From: a virus
Strand: one strand, 5' to 3'
Virus record (IMG/VR): IMGVR_UViG_3300025108_000029
Coordinates: 1-64,000 of that record
DNA length: 64,000 nucleotides
The position numbers and the translations under genes are program-made. Shown one piece after another: positions 1 to 8,719 of the stretch (position 1 is its first letter; every line of letters starts with the position of its first letter). Below the pieces are notes generated by a model. It was given only the letters and a program-made list of their open reading frames with translations, made no database searches and was not told where the DNA came from.

Positions 1-26
1 GCGGTCTATAGAACGCTATACGGCGG

Positions 27-171
27 CCATAGCACGACCCCATAGCACCCCCCTTAGAAGGAGAAATACCCATAGCACTCCCCATAGCACTTCTTTTAAC
101 CGCACACGGCATTTTAGTAAAAAAAATATTTTGAACATTTTTTATACAAGGAGTCCATAGCAGTGCTATGG
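27..171. repeat. CCATAGCAC repeat array (4 direct copies + palindrome CCATAGCA-G-TGCTATGG) flanking an AT-rich tract
   Basis: CCATAGCAC at 27-35, 40-48, 70-78 and 82-90; AT-rich tract at ~112-146; perfect inverted pair at 155-171 overlapping the ATG at 168. Confidence 0.85.
141..146 (+). promoter_or_regulatory. Archaeal-type TATA box candidate
   Basis: TTTATA 22-27 nt upstream of ATG 168; similar spacing for TTAAATA (1481-1487) before ATG 1510. Confidence 0.4.
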
Positions 172-473
172 CAAACCCATTCGATTTAGCATGGGCGTTG
201 TTAAAAGGTATTACTCGACAAGACGCTATAGAGTGGATAAAGCACTATCAAAGCCAGCATGAAGAAGATAGTGAAGAGTGGTGGAAGGCAGAAGACCAAA
301 TAGACGGAATGAGAGGAACTTATTATGATAGCGAAGGTTTAAGTCGAAAATGGGGACCACCACCAGCAGAATATGTTGAATATGAACCCAAACCACCTCC
401 CGGTTTTAAACCTCTTACACCCGAACAAGCGAGAAGTATAACCTTAGAACAAATTGACACGAATTATGAGTGA
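168..473 (+). CDS. Hypothetical protein with N-terminal PFDLAWALLK tag
   Basis: 101-aa ORF; N-terminal tag shared with neighbouring ORFs. Confidence 0.8.
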   Translation: MANPFDLAWALLKGITRQDAIEWIKHYQSQHEEDSEEWWKAEDQIDGMRGTYYDSEGLSRKWGPPPAEYVEYEPKPPPGFKPLTPEQARSITLEQIDTNYE

Positions 474-1381
474 TTAAAATGACAAGCCCATTTGATTCAG
501 CATGGGCTTTGTTAAAAGCACCAACTTTTCAATCACAGTTGAATACTCCATCGCTTGATGGCGTACAATCGTATTCGGGTGTACCGGGTATAGGTGAACG
601 AATGTGGTATAAACGAAAGGATGCCAAAAATCCAATTCGTCTTCCCGAACAACCAAAACATCTAAGGGATGGTGTAAATAGAGGCTTTTTAAAACCCGAA
701 GTTTTTCACGATTATATAACAGAAGAAATGAAAGCGGAACAGCGGCATCGAAAATTACTCGATGCTAAAGACCGATTTAAACAACAGTTAAATCAACACA
801 TCCCTCGTCTTGAACATCAAAGAGGGAGTTACGGAGTCAAAGTAGGCCCAAGAGATGTAGGTTTAGTAAGCACTACAACCGCAGAACGAGATGACCCGCA
901 AAATAATTGGACATCGCTTGACGAAGGTAAAATAGCAGATGACGCTCAACGACAGGGCTTGTACGGTAGAGCGTTACGAGGTATCATCAATGACGCTGGT
1001 AATTTAACATCGTATGCGAGAAACAGAAACTCGCAACCGTTTCACGAGCAATTTAATCCTATAAATGCAACAAAAAGAATAAACGATATAGATGGTAATG
1101 AAAACTTCGTTGCTAATCGTTTTACCCCATTTAGGCGCAATGATTCTGTTACATACACCGCAAAGCCGCCTAAAGAAACACCTCGTGGGTTTGGAGATTT
1201 GCAATACGATACTGGTGCGTTGCCTGTGTATCAAACACCCATTGAACCACCTAAACCCTACTGGCAAGAATTAGCCGAAATACAACAACAACAACATGGA
1301 CAAAAACCCGCACAACAACAAACTTTAGACCAATACACCTACATTCCAACGCCGGGTGGTGTGACCTACGGTAGAAGGTAA
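470..1381 (+). CDS. Tagged protein (PFDSAWALLK), possible GNAT-like domain
   Basis: 303-aa ORF (likely start ATG 479); segment IADDAQRQGLYGRAL...NRNSQPF resembles the GNAT acetyl-CoA-binding motif. Confidence 0.7.
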   Translation: MIKMTSPFDSAWALLKAPTFQSQLNTPSLDGVQSYSGVPGIGERMWYKRKDAKNPIRLPEQPKHLRDGVNRGFLKPEVFHDYITEEMKAEQRHRKLLDAKDRFKQQLNQHIPRLEHQRGSYGVKVGPRDVGLVSTTTAERDDPQNNWTSLDEGKIADDAQRQGLYGRALRGIINDAGNLTSYARNRNSQPFHEQFNPINATKRINDIDGNENFVANRFTPFRRNDSVTYTAKPPKETPRGFGDLQYDTGALPVYQTPIEPPKPYWQELAEIQQQQHGQKPAQQQTLDQYTYIPTPGGVTYGRR

Positions 1382-1382
1382 A

Positions 1383-1484
1383 ATGGACAAGGTGGACTGG
1401 GCGGGTTTGACCTTTAGTATTATCACCTTTATTTTAATGTCATACACGCTGGTTATGCACCACGAACTTTTACTTAAGCGTTAA
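1383..1484 (+). CDS. 33-aa single-TM peptide (not in ORF track)
   Basis: MDKVDWAGLTFSIITFILMSYTLVMHHELLLKR; starts 1 nt after the upstream stop and fills the gap. Confidence 0.45.
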   Translation: MDKVDWAGLTFSIITFILMSYTLVMHHELLLKR

Positions 1485-1509
1485 ATATCTCATCCGCTTC
1501 ACGCTACAT

Positions 1510-2478
1510 ATGTCCGTTGCTTTTGAAGCCGCTTGGATGCTTTTGAAGCAAAGAGGCCATGAACTTAACCTCCCCAAACCTGTAAGACAAGATATTGGCC
1601 CATATGAAAGGGATATGAGTCCACAGGATTTGATTGATGCTCGTGTTGATGCCGCAAGTAAACAAAGACACGCATTAAATGTAATTGAAACAGAAGGTAC
1701 TCAAAATCCACGAATTAACAGCATGGATGACGCTATGGGATTTTTAGACGACCATGCGTTCAATGAGCGTCAAATGCGGGACCAACTCAATATTGCTCAA
1801 GACCATCAAAATGAAGAAGCGTATTATCAAGGCGAACAAGGCGCACTTGACCGAGCGACTCTTGCTCGTAGAGCGCAACAGCCCGAAGCCGATGAAATGG
1901 AAGCAATGGGTGTTCCCCCAATGAGTCGCACAATGGGCGGTACACCTCCGGCAAACATTGGTCGGGCTGGTAGCACTGGTGAAATCCCAAGAGGTAGGCA
2001 ATCGAACATGGAACAAATGGGTGGATTTGGCATGGATGATGTAGATGATGCGAGGATGGATTTAGAATTAAATGACGATGCGTCACCTGCTCAACGACAA
2101 CAGTTAATTGATAGAATAAATCAAAACATAAAACCGTTTAACCCATTCCCTAAGCCACTTGCAGGTAGAGTGCAAGACCAATTGGCGGAGTTTGCTGATA
2201 CTGCTGGCCGACGAGCCGCAATGTCACCGCAAACCGATTATAGTGATGCCGATGACCCGCATAATGAAGAGATGGATGCTAAATTAGCACCATTTGTAGG
2301 TAAACCACCAAAGGATGGAATATCCGACCCTCACCCCGAAGCGCATAACATTGCTTCAACAAACATAAGAGAAACACCTCGTAAAACCAAGCGTGGGCAA
2401 ATAGATGAACCACGAGCCACCCCTCGTATGCAGGGTAGAGCCGCAAGAAGTTCTTCGCCGTTTATTGGTGGGCAGTGA
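1510..2478 (+). CDS. Tagged, probably disordered protein (AFEAAWMLLK)
   Basis: 322-aa ORF, D/Q/P/M-rich, N-terminal tag. Confidence 0.8.
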   Translation: MSVAFEAAWMLLKQRGHELNLPKPVRQDIGPYERDMSPQDLIDARVDAASKQRHALNVIETEGTQNPRINSMDDAMGFLDDHAFNERQMRDQLNIAQDHQNEEAYYQGEQGALDRATLARRAQQPEADEMEAMGVPPMSRTMGGTPPANIGRAGSTGEIPRGRQSNMEQMGGFGMDDVDDARMDLELNDDASPAQRQQLIDRINQNIKPFNPFPKPLAGRVQDQLAEFADTAGRRAAMSPQTDYSDADDPHNEEMDAKLAPFVGKPPKDGISDPHPEAHNIASTNIRETPRKTKRGQIDEPRATPRMQGRAARSSSPFIGGQ

Positions 2479-2482
2479 TAAC

Positions 2483-2993
2483 ATGCAACCGTTTCAAAAG
2501 GCTTGGACTTTGCTAAAAGGTACAGAAGACTGGCATCATAATGCCGCACATTCATTAAATCTAATGTTGGGTGGATATGATGATGGCGCAAAAGGTGAAA
2601 TGGGCTACGAAATGCTTGATAAATTACATGCGGCGGCACTTAGAGCAAGAGGTATTCCCGAAGAAAAAATACAACAGCAATTAGATAATCAACATTTTTT
2701 TTGCAGACGGTAGGGATTACGATTTATGGAGTAGGGTAATGATGCCTCTTTCACATCACATAGATAATATGTATCATGATATGGTTTCTACACCCGAAAG
2801 AGCCACACCTATGATACAAGAGTGGGATAGAAATGCGGCTGAACTTCGTGGTGAACAAGAAGAAAAATTAAGCGCACAGGAACATTTTAAACAATTTATG
2901 GCCGGAGAAGAACAACCTCAACCCGAACCAAATACCAACTATCCGATTGAGCAACGATTGGGCGTAGATAGCCGTGGTTATCCACTGGATTAG
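2483..2993 (+). pseudogene. Tagged gene (MQPFQKAWTLLK) split by a frameshift in a T8 run
   Basis: Removing one T from 2695-2702 gives ...QHFFADGRDYDLWSRVMMPLSHH..., joining the 2483 and 2739 ORFs into one 169-aa protein. Confidence 0.7.
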
Positions 2994-3030
2994 CGAAAGG
3001 TTTAACTTTTACACTGCACTGTCTCGGCAC

Positions 3031-3189
3031 ATGAACTTGTTTCTTTTGTTTATTGTAGCATTTTTTTTCGGATTTATTTGCGTGTGGTTGCTGACTACAC
3101 CCGACCCTAATGATACTGTAATTTTTATTGAAGACGAAGAGGCTTTTCATAAAGCGTGTTACGAAGGTATGCGGAGGGGTATTGAATGA
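3031..3189 (+). CDS. Small single-TM membrane protein
   Basis: MNLFLLFIVAFFFGFICVWLL hydrophobic stretch; stop overlaps the next start (ATGA). Confidence 0.6.
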   Translation: MNLFLLFIVAFFFGFICVWLLTTPDPNDTVIFIEDEEAFHKACYEGMRRGIE

Positions 3190-4037
3190 AAGTGTCCGTT
3201 TACGAGGTTGGCCCTCGTGACGGATTACAAGGTTTAGAACAACCCGTCAGCACTGAAACCAAAATACAACTTATCAATGCGTTATACAACGCTGGATTAA
3301 AAAATATCGAAGAAACATCGTTTGCTCATCCTCGATTAGTACCGCAAATGGCAGATGCCGAGGATGTTTACCAACAAGGTTCAGTGCTTGTCATGAACAA
3401 GCGTGGCTACGACAGGGCAATGTCAGTTGGTGCAGAAAAAATTAACATTGTTTTTTCACCTTGCGAGACTTTTAACATGAACAATATGGGTAAAACTCGC
3501 AGTGAAATAGTGTTAATGTACAAAACTTTTATGAAAATACCTAAAGAAAATGTTCGTGTGTACATTAGTATGGCTTTTGGTAGCCCTTACAGTGGTGATG
3601 TAGCACCTATGGTGATGAAAAATTGTTTAAACGATGCAAAAATGTTTGGCGATACGGTAGTATTTGCTGATACAATTGGCACTGGTAGTCGTAACGAAGT
3701 AGCATTATGGGCTGAAATGGCTATTATGAAGGGATTAAAACCAGCATTACACTTACATCACAAAGGAAACGAAGAAAAAGCACTGTCTTTAGTCAAAATG
3801 GGACTAATAAGCGGAATAAAAGAGTTTGATTCAAGCATTGGTGGGCTTGGTGGTTGCCCTTTTACGGAAAATAGTGGCAGTAATTTATCCACTGAAACAC
3901 TGGTGCGCCATCTCAACGCATGGGGATTTGACTGTGGGCTTGTTGAAGACGACTTACAGGTAGCGTCAGTCATTGCGACAAGACTTTTATTGGCAGAAAA
4001 AGAAGCCAAACTACCGGTATTACTACAATTAAAATAG
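3186..4037 (+). CDS. hmgL: Hydroxymethylglutaryl-CoA lyase (DRE-TIM family), auxiliary metabolic gene
   Basis: EVGPRDGLQ, ETSFAHPRLVPQMAD, ADTIG, HLH metal motif, GLGGCPF with catalytic Cys, NLSTE. Confidence 0.9.
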   Translation: MKVSVYEVGPRDGLQGLEQPVSTETKIQLINALYNAGLKNIEETSFAHPRLVPQMADAEDVYQQGSVLVMNKRGYDRAMSVGAEKINIVFSPCETFNMNNMGKTRSEIVLMYKTFMKIPKENVRVYISMAFGSPYSGDVAPMVMKNCLNDAKMFGDTVVFADTIGTGSRNEVALWAEMAIMKGLKPALHLHHKGNEEKALSLVKMGLISGIKEFDSSIGGLGGCPFTENSGSNLSTETLVRHLNAWGFDCGLVEDDLQVASVIATRLLLAEKEAKLPVLLQLK

Positions 4038-4095
4038 GTATTAAAAGAAGTGCGATTGTAGCGTCTGCCCAATATCTCCAATTCATTTTAACCCC

Positions 4096-5568
4096 TCAAT
4101 ACCTCAAAGTGGGCATTACAAAGGGTTTCGGTTCAATATTTTCATCATCCTTGTAATTTTGAGCCATCAATTCGATGGTGCGAAGCATATGTGGGCTAAT
4201 ATTGTTAATCATTGTACCATTTTCGGTAGGATTCATTTGGTGATTGCGGTCAAGTAGGTTAATGTCTTGAGTAAACTCTTCGGGTAGTGGCTCTTGGTGG
4301 TGGACTTCTACACCTGCCTTAAACAACATTTGCCACGCTAAGTCCATTGGTTGACTTTTTATGTAACCGCTGGCTCTTGCATCATCTTCACTTACTAATT
4401 GACCGTTTACAAAATACATTCCCGGTCCTGCTGGTGTAACTTGAACCGGTTGATTTGCTAATTCTTGTCGTTTAGCCTCTTCTTCTTGTCGAGCCTGTTC
4501 TTTTTGTCGAGCCGCCTCTTCTTGTTTTTGTTTTTTCTCGTACTCTTTTTGCGCTCTATAATCTACTCCTTGTTGGAGTAAGTCTTCATTTTCAAACTTA
4601 TCTGCTAATTCATTTTCATATTTTGATGAAAAACTATCAACAAGTTCGTCTTCGGAGGCAAAGGCTCTTTTGCTTGGCAAATGTTCACCTACAATACCTC
4701 TACTTCGTACTTGAACAGGGCGTACATTCATTGGATTACTTACTTCTCCAATATCAGCATGATTAAGTAAATCAAAATTGTGTGTTTTACCTTCTTTATC
4801 TACTGGGTCTGCATGAAGAGTTATTCCTTTATGAGATAAATTACCGGGTTGCATTACGGCAGAAAGACGCTTTGCTTCATTATTTGTCATTTGATTAGGT
4901 CTTGGGTGTGGTTTATCTGTATAAAGAAAATTAGTAAGCGAGACTTTATCATTTTCTTTATGATTATCAAGTAAACCTTTTTCTTTTAGATGGTCTATTG
5001 CGGCGTGAGATAATTGAAACGGTGTAATAGCGTGTTTTTCACCTTTATGCTCAAAGAGTTGATTATCTATATATCGGGCTTCATCCAATTTATTTTTATT
5101 CCTACCCATTCTTTCATCCCAATGTTCAGTTGGTTTACCGTTTACTTTTTTTGCAGACTCTATCAATTTTTTAACAAAATTATCATATTCCGGTGCTGAA
5201 AATCTACCTGCTAATTTCCAAGCCTTTGTAACAGCCGCCGCTTCTTTGGCTTTATCGGCTACATTTTGTGCGGCTTCAAGGTTATTTTGTTTCATTTGTT
5301 GTTGATTTTGAGTGTGTTGGGCTGATGCTTGTTGAGCCATATCTCCGACTGTTTTTTTAGGGTCGGTAACGCCAATTTTTTTTGCACCTTGCAGGAGTTT
5401 GCTACCTAAGCCAGTAGCGGCGGTAGTACCTGCCGCTGTAGTAGCCGCACCAGTAACCCCTGTTGCACCAGCGGCAACAGTTCCAGTTCCGCCTAATACC
5501 GGTGCGGCGGCGGCGGCAACGAAGGGTGCGGCTTGTACGGCTTTCCGAACAGCAATTGGCCTCACCAT
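4096..5568 (-). CDS. Modular hypothetical protein with internal tag (KSQPMDLAWQMLFKA)
   Basis: 490-aa ORF; A/G/T-rich N-terminus, coiled coil, internal tag at 4315-4365. Confidence 0.8.
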   Translation of the reverse strand: MVRPIAVRKAVQAAPFVAAAAAPVLGGTGTVAAGATGVTGAATTAAGTTAATGLGSKLLQGAKKIGVTDPKKTVGDMAQQASAQHTQNQQQMKQNNLEAAQNVADKAKEAAAVTKAWKLAGRFSAPEYDNFVKKLIESAKKVNGKPTEHWDERMGRNKNKLDEARYIDNQLFEHKGEKHAITPFQLSHAAIDHLKEKGLLDNHKENDKVSLTNFLYTDKPHPRPNQMTNNEAKRLSAVMQPGNLSHKGITLHADPVDKEGKTHNFDLLNHADIGEVSNPMNVRPVQVRSRGIVGEHLPSKRAFASEDELVDSFSSKYENELADKFENEDLLQQGVDYRAQKEYEKKQKQEEAARQKEQARQEEEAKRQELANQPVQVTPAGPGMYFVNGQLVSEDDARASGYIKSQPMDLAWQMLFKAGVEVHHQEPLPEEFTQDINLLDRNHQMNPTENGTMINNISPHMLRTIELMAQNYKDDENIEPKPFVMPTLRY

Positions 5569-5629
5569 GTTTAGCGCATGAAGCGAGGACTCTAAATGCT
5601 ATCGCTTATTACCACCGATTGGTGAGAGT

Positions 5630-7747
5630 GTGAGAAAGGTTGCTGTGCGTAAACCTAATCATGTTCTAAAGGCAGTTTATGACGCTCGACCGTTAAGAAG
5701 GGACCGTGAGCAGTACCTTGATGATTCATTGTTTCGTGAAAGCCCGTTTCACTCATTAAGACTACAAAATGAAAGACACCGATTACCAACTCTTGGTAGA
5801 GCGTTAAACAACTTAGAAAATAGGACTTTTGCAGATGAAACAAGATACTTGAGGGACCATGAATATTTACCTTTAACTGATTTAGCAGGTAATTCACTTA
5901 GCGGGCAGTTTGTATTCCCTGCTCATGCTTATTCTTTTAATCCAAATCCTCGTACAATAGGCGGTAGTACAGCACCCGACCTTCCTATGAACTTAAAAAC
6001 AGGATTACCTTTAAACTTATTTGGTTTTAAAGGTAGAATGCCGCAACGATACGGAAAAAATATTCAAGAAGAAGGTGTCATTTATGGCGATTTAAACGAC
6101 GAGGATGTTGTGCAACTAAATACAAACCCTTTACGACACGATGACATTAGAGAAGCAGGTCGAGCATTATTACCTACACATCACGGTAGATTATCGGGTA
6201 GAGCAAGAGCAGATAAAATAGAAGAAGCCATGAGAGTACTTATGGAGGCTGAAATACCACCTGCGTTGTATAATCAAGAAATGCTGGATATAGAAAATAT
6301 TCACAATGCTGATAATCCAAACCTTACTACTTCGGGTTACATGGGTTCATATTTACAACCATTTAGACAATGGGAACAGGGTGAAGGCTACCGTGTAAGA
6401 GATTTAGACCGACAAGAAGAAATGGGTTTAATTTCCCCCGAACAAAGAATGTTGATGGATGATAATTTAGGCCAAATAGACCCATCGGGTACTTTTTACC
6501 GTAGTGAACCAATGGATATTACTATGCGGTTGCTTAAAACCGCTTACGGTTCTCGTGATGAACCTCCTACCATGACCCGGCTTATGCAGGGTAATTATGC
6601 AGGAAAACCGGGTGCATGTACCCTTTGTGGTAACTCACCAGTAGTAGCAGGGGCGCAATTCCGTAATCCACTGGGTAGTATAAATTACACACACCATTTA
6701 TGTGAGCCGTGTGCAGACCAGTATGGCATCATGCATTCGGCTGATATGTACAAAGGCGAACCAATGGACCTCGCCATGCAGTTGTTGAAAAAATTACCTC
6801 CGCATTGGAGTCGAGATTTTGACACTATAGAACAATTGCGTGACCCTAAACACGGCATACAATCAATGCGAGCCATGTCACTTGAAGACGCTCGAAATAT
6901 TGAACAAATACCATTAAGAAGCGGTAATATAGAGTTTGAAAGAGACTTAACAGACCCCGATATTACAGGTGCAAAAAGTATAGTTCCGGGTATCGCTGGT
7001 GGTAACATATACGATGAAAGTTTAGTAAGAGAAGGTGGTGGTTTTGTTTACAGACCTCATTTAGCCGCTCTTGCCCCACTTTCGCAATACACGGATATGC
7101 CATCAAGTCCAAGACCAAATGTATTGATAGCCTCAACAGAAAAACCGGAGTTTAGAGCAAGTAAAAATGAAGGTAGAATACAAACAGAAGGTTTCATGCC
7201 AGTAGGAATGGACCCAAATCAAGCGTATTTGTTAAGTGACCCTACAAAACCGTTTACTCGTGAAGACTTACTACAACAGGCAAGAATAAAACAAGCCGGT
7301 GGAGTACCATATCATGCAAGAAGCGACATAGAAATAGACCCATTCGACGGATATGCTACGGCTTCACGAGCATTAGAAACTTTACCAAAAGAAAATATTG
7401 AAAACCCTTTTACTCAAATGGGAACATGGGGTCAGCCAAGAGTAGTCGCTGGTCCACAAGATTCCGATGTCTTTTACCGTAGCGAACTAATGGACATTGC
7501 TATGCGACTACTCAAAGAGCGTGTAAGCCCCGAAGCCAAGCGGCATAAGTTGGAGTACGACAAAAAATACGAGTCCAGCCCGGAGAGAGTCAAGTATCGA
7601 GAGGAACTTAACCGTGAACGCCGACGACGACACATCATGGGGCAGGGTGGACCGGACATGAGCCACACCAGCCAGCACACTATTGTTCCCGAAGACCCCC
7701 ATACCAACCGAGCAAGGCATTTCAAGGACAAAGGTACACTTCTTTGA
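5630..7747 (+). CDS. Four-module polyprotein-like ORF with three tag linkers
   Basis: Linkers FYRSEPMDITMRLLK, MYKGEPMDLAMQLLK and FYRSELMDIAMRLLK; one CxxC...CxxC module; basic HNH-like last module. Confidence 0.8.
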   Translation: MRKVAVRKPNHVLKAVYDARPLRRDREQYLDDSLFRESPFHSLRLQNERHRLPTLGRALNNLENRTFADETRYLRDHEYLPLTDLAGNSLSGQFVFPAHAYSFNPNPRTIGGSTAPDLPMNLKTGLPLNLFGFKGRMPQRYGKNIQEEGVIYGDLNDEDVVQLNTNPLRHDDIREAGRALLPTHHGRLSGRARADKIEEAMRVLMEAEIPPALYNQEMLDIENIHNADNPNLTTSGYMGSYLQPFRQWEQGEGYRVRDLDRQEEMGLISPEQRMLMDDNLGQIDPSGTFYRSEPMDITMRLLKTAYGSRDEPPTMTRLMQGNYAGKPGACTLCGNSPVVAGAQFRNPLGSINYTHHLCEPCADQYGIMHSADMYKGEPMDLAMQLLKKLPPHWSRDFDTIEQLRDPKHGIQSMRAMSLEDARNIEQIPLRSGNIEFERDLTDPDITGAKSIVPGIAGGNIYDESLVREGGGFVYRPHLAALAPLSQYTDMPSSPRPNVLIASTEKPEFRASKNEGRIQTEGFMPVGMDPNQAYLLSDPTKPFTREDLLQQARIKQAGGVPYHARSDIEIDPFDGYATASRALETLPKENIENPFTQMGTWGQPRVVAGPQDSDVFYRSELMDIAMRLLKERVSPEAKRHKLEYDKKYESSPERVKYREELNRERRRRHIMGQGGPDMSHTSQHTIVPEDPHTNRARHFKDKGTLL

Positions 7748-7749
7748 AG

Positions 7750-7856
7750 GTCATAATAGTCATATTAGTCATTATAGTAGTCATTATTTTGACCCTACAC
7801 TAAATATATAGTAATACTACTCATTATTTTGAATGATATTATGACTATAATGACTA
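7750..7856. repeat. TAGTCAT direct/inverted repeat array in an AT-rich intergenic region
   Basis: TAGTCAT at 7757, 7766 and 7778; TA(G/C)TCATTATTTTGA at 7778 and 7818; inverted ATGACTA at 7841 and 7850. Confidence 0.8.
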
Positions 7857-7860
7857 CTAA

Positions 7861-7876
7861 AGCGAAAGAGTTATAT
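7861..7876 (+). promoter_or_regulatory. BRE/TATA-like promoter of the GTPase operon
   Basis: Purine-rich GCGAAAGAG followed by TTATAT, 19-24 nt upstream of ATG 7895. Confidence 0.4.
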
Positions 7877-7894
7877 TGGCTTTTCAATTGACCT

Positions 7895-8449
7895 ATGGTG
7901 AGCAACATGCAAGGTAACAGGCAAGACTCGGATGCAGAAATACGACTGATGGGGCTAATTTTGGCTCAATCAGCCTTAGTTGGACTGGCAATTGGCGTAT
8001 TTGACGCTGAACTATGGTTAATTAGCGATACTCCCATGTTAAACGGATTTACATACGCAATGGCGGCATTTTTTGTTCAAGGTATCGCATATTACTTCTT
8101 TAAAATGTTCTTTGAACAGAATATGCAAGAAAGAGTACGAGCAACATCTATTGAAAAGAATAGACAAGACCGATACCGCCAAATGCAACTAAGTTTTGAT
8201 AATCGGCGTAATGATATGGAAATGCGTATGCAAGAAGCGCAACTTGAGCAAGAATTACGATGGATGGAGCAAAACCCCGGTAAAATGCCTCCAAGTTGGG
8301 GTGTTCCCGGTGGCTCTCAATCTATAATTTCTAAGTACGATACTGATAATTTTAATCCCGGCATACCAAACCATGAAGCCGAGGTCAAACAACCAATTAA
8401 CCTTGGAATTAAAGAAGAAGACGAACCTAAAGAGCCAAAAAAGAAATGA
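7895..8449 (+). CDS. Two-TM membrane protein with cytoplasmic coiled coil
   Basis: Hydrophobic segments LMGLILAQSALVGLAIGVF and FTYAMAAFFVQGIAYYFF, then an E/Q/R/M-rich helix. Confidence 0.8.
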   Translation: MVSNMQGNRQDSDAEIRLMGLILAQSALVGLAIGVFDAELWLISDTPMLNGFTYAMAAFFVQGIAYYFFKMFFEQNMQERVRATSIEKNRQDRYRQMQLSFDNRRNDMEMRMQEAQLEQELRWMEQNPGKMPPSWGVPGGSQSIISKYDTDNFNPGIPNHEAEVKQPINLGIKEEDEPKEPKKK

Positions 8450-8458
8450 GGTGATTAA

Positions 8459-8719
8459 ATGGGTCGTATATTCAAAACACCCACAGATGATTCTACCGAG
8501 GCTACACTTCGTGCCATGCACACTCAAAACACCCTTGACACATATTACGAAAAAGGAGTAGGTTGGATAAGAACAGTGATACTGTGTTTTGTTACCGCTT
8601 TGGCTATTAGTTTTTGGGAATTATCTACCGGTGAGTCTTTTTGGGACAATACTGTAGAGTGGGTGTGGAATAAAGTGCAAAACTTTGCAGATTGGATATG
8701 GGGTAAAGTAGATGGTTGA
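8459..8719 (+). CDS. Small membrane protein with Trp-rich amphipathic C-terminus
   Basis: GAGGTG RBS; TM WIRTVILCFVTALAISFW; tail FWDNTVEWVWNKVQNFADWIW. Confidence 0.75.
   Translation: MGRIFKTPTDDSTEATLRAMHTQNTLDTYYEKGVGWIRTVILCFVTALAISFWELSTGESFWDNTVEWVWNKVQNFADWIWGKVDG

Noticed and set aside
27-171. CRISPR array or mini-array
   Set aside because: Repeats are only 9 nt with 3-21 nt gaps; no repeat-spacer periodicity and no cas genes
2405-2482. ORF-track start at 2405
   Set aside because: Overlaps the upstream gene; ATG 2483 puts the tag at the N-terminus as in the neighbouring genes
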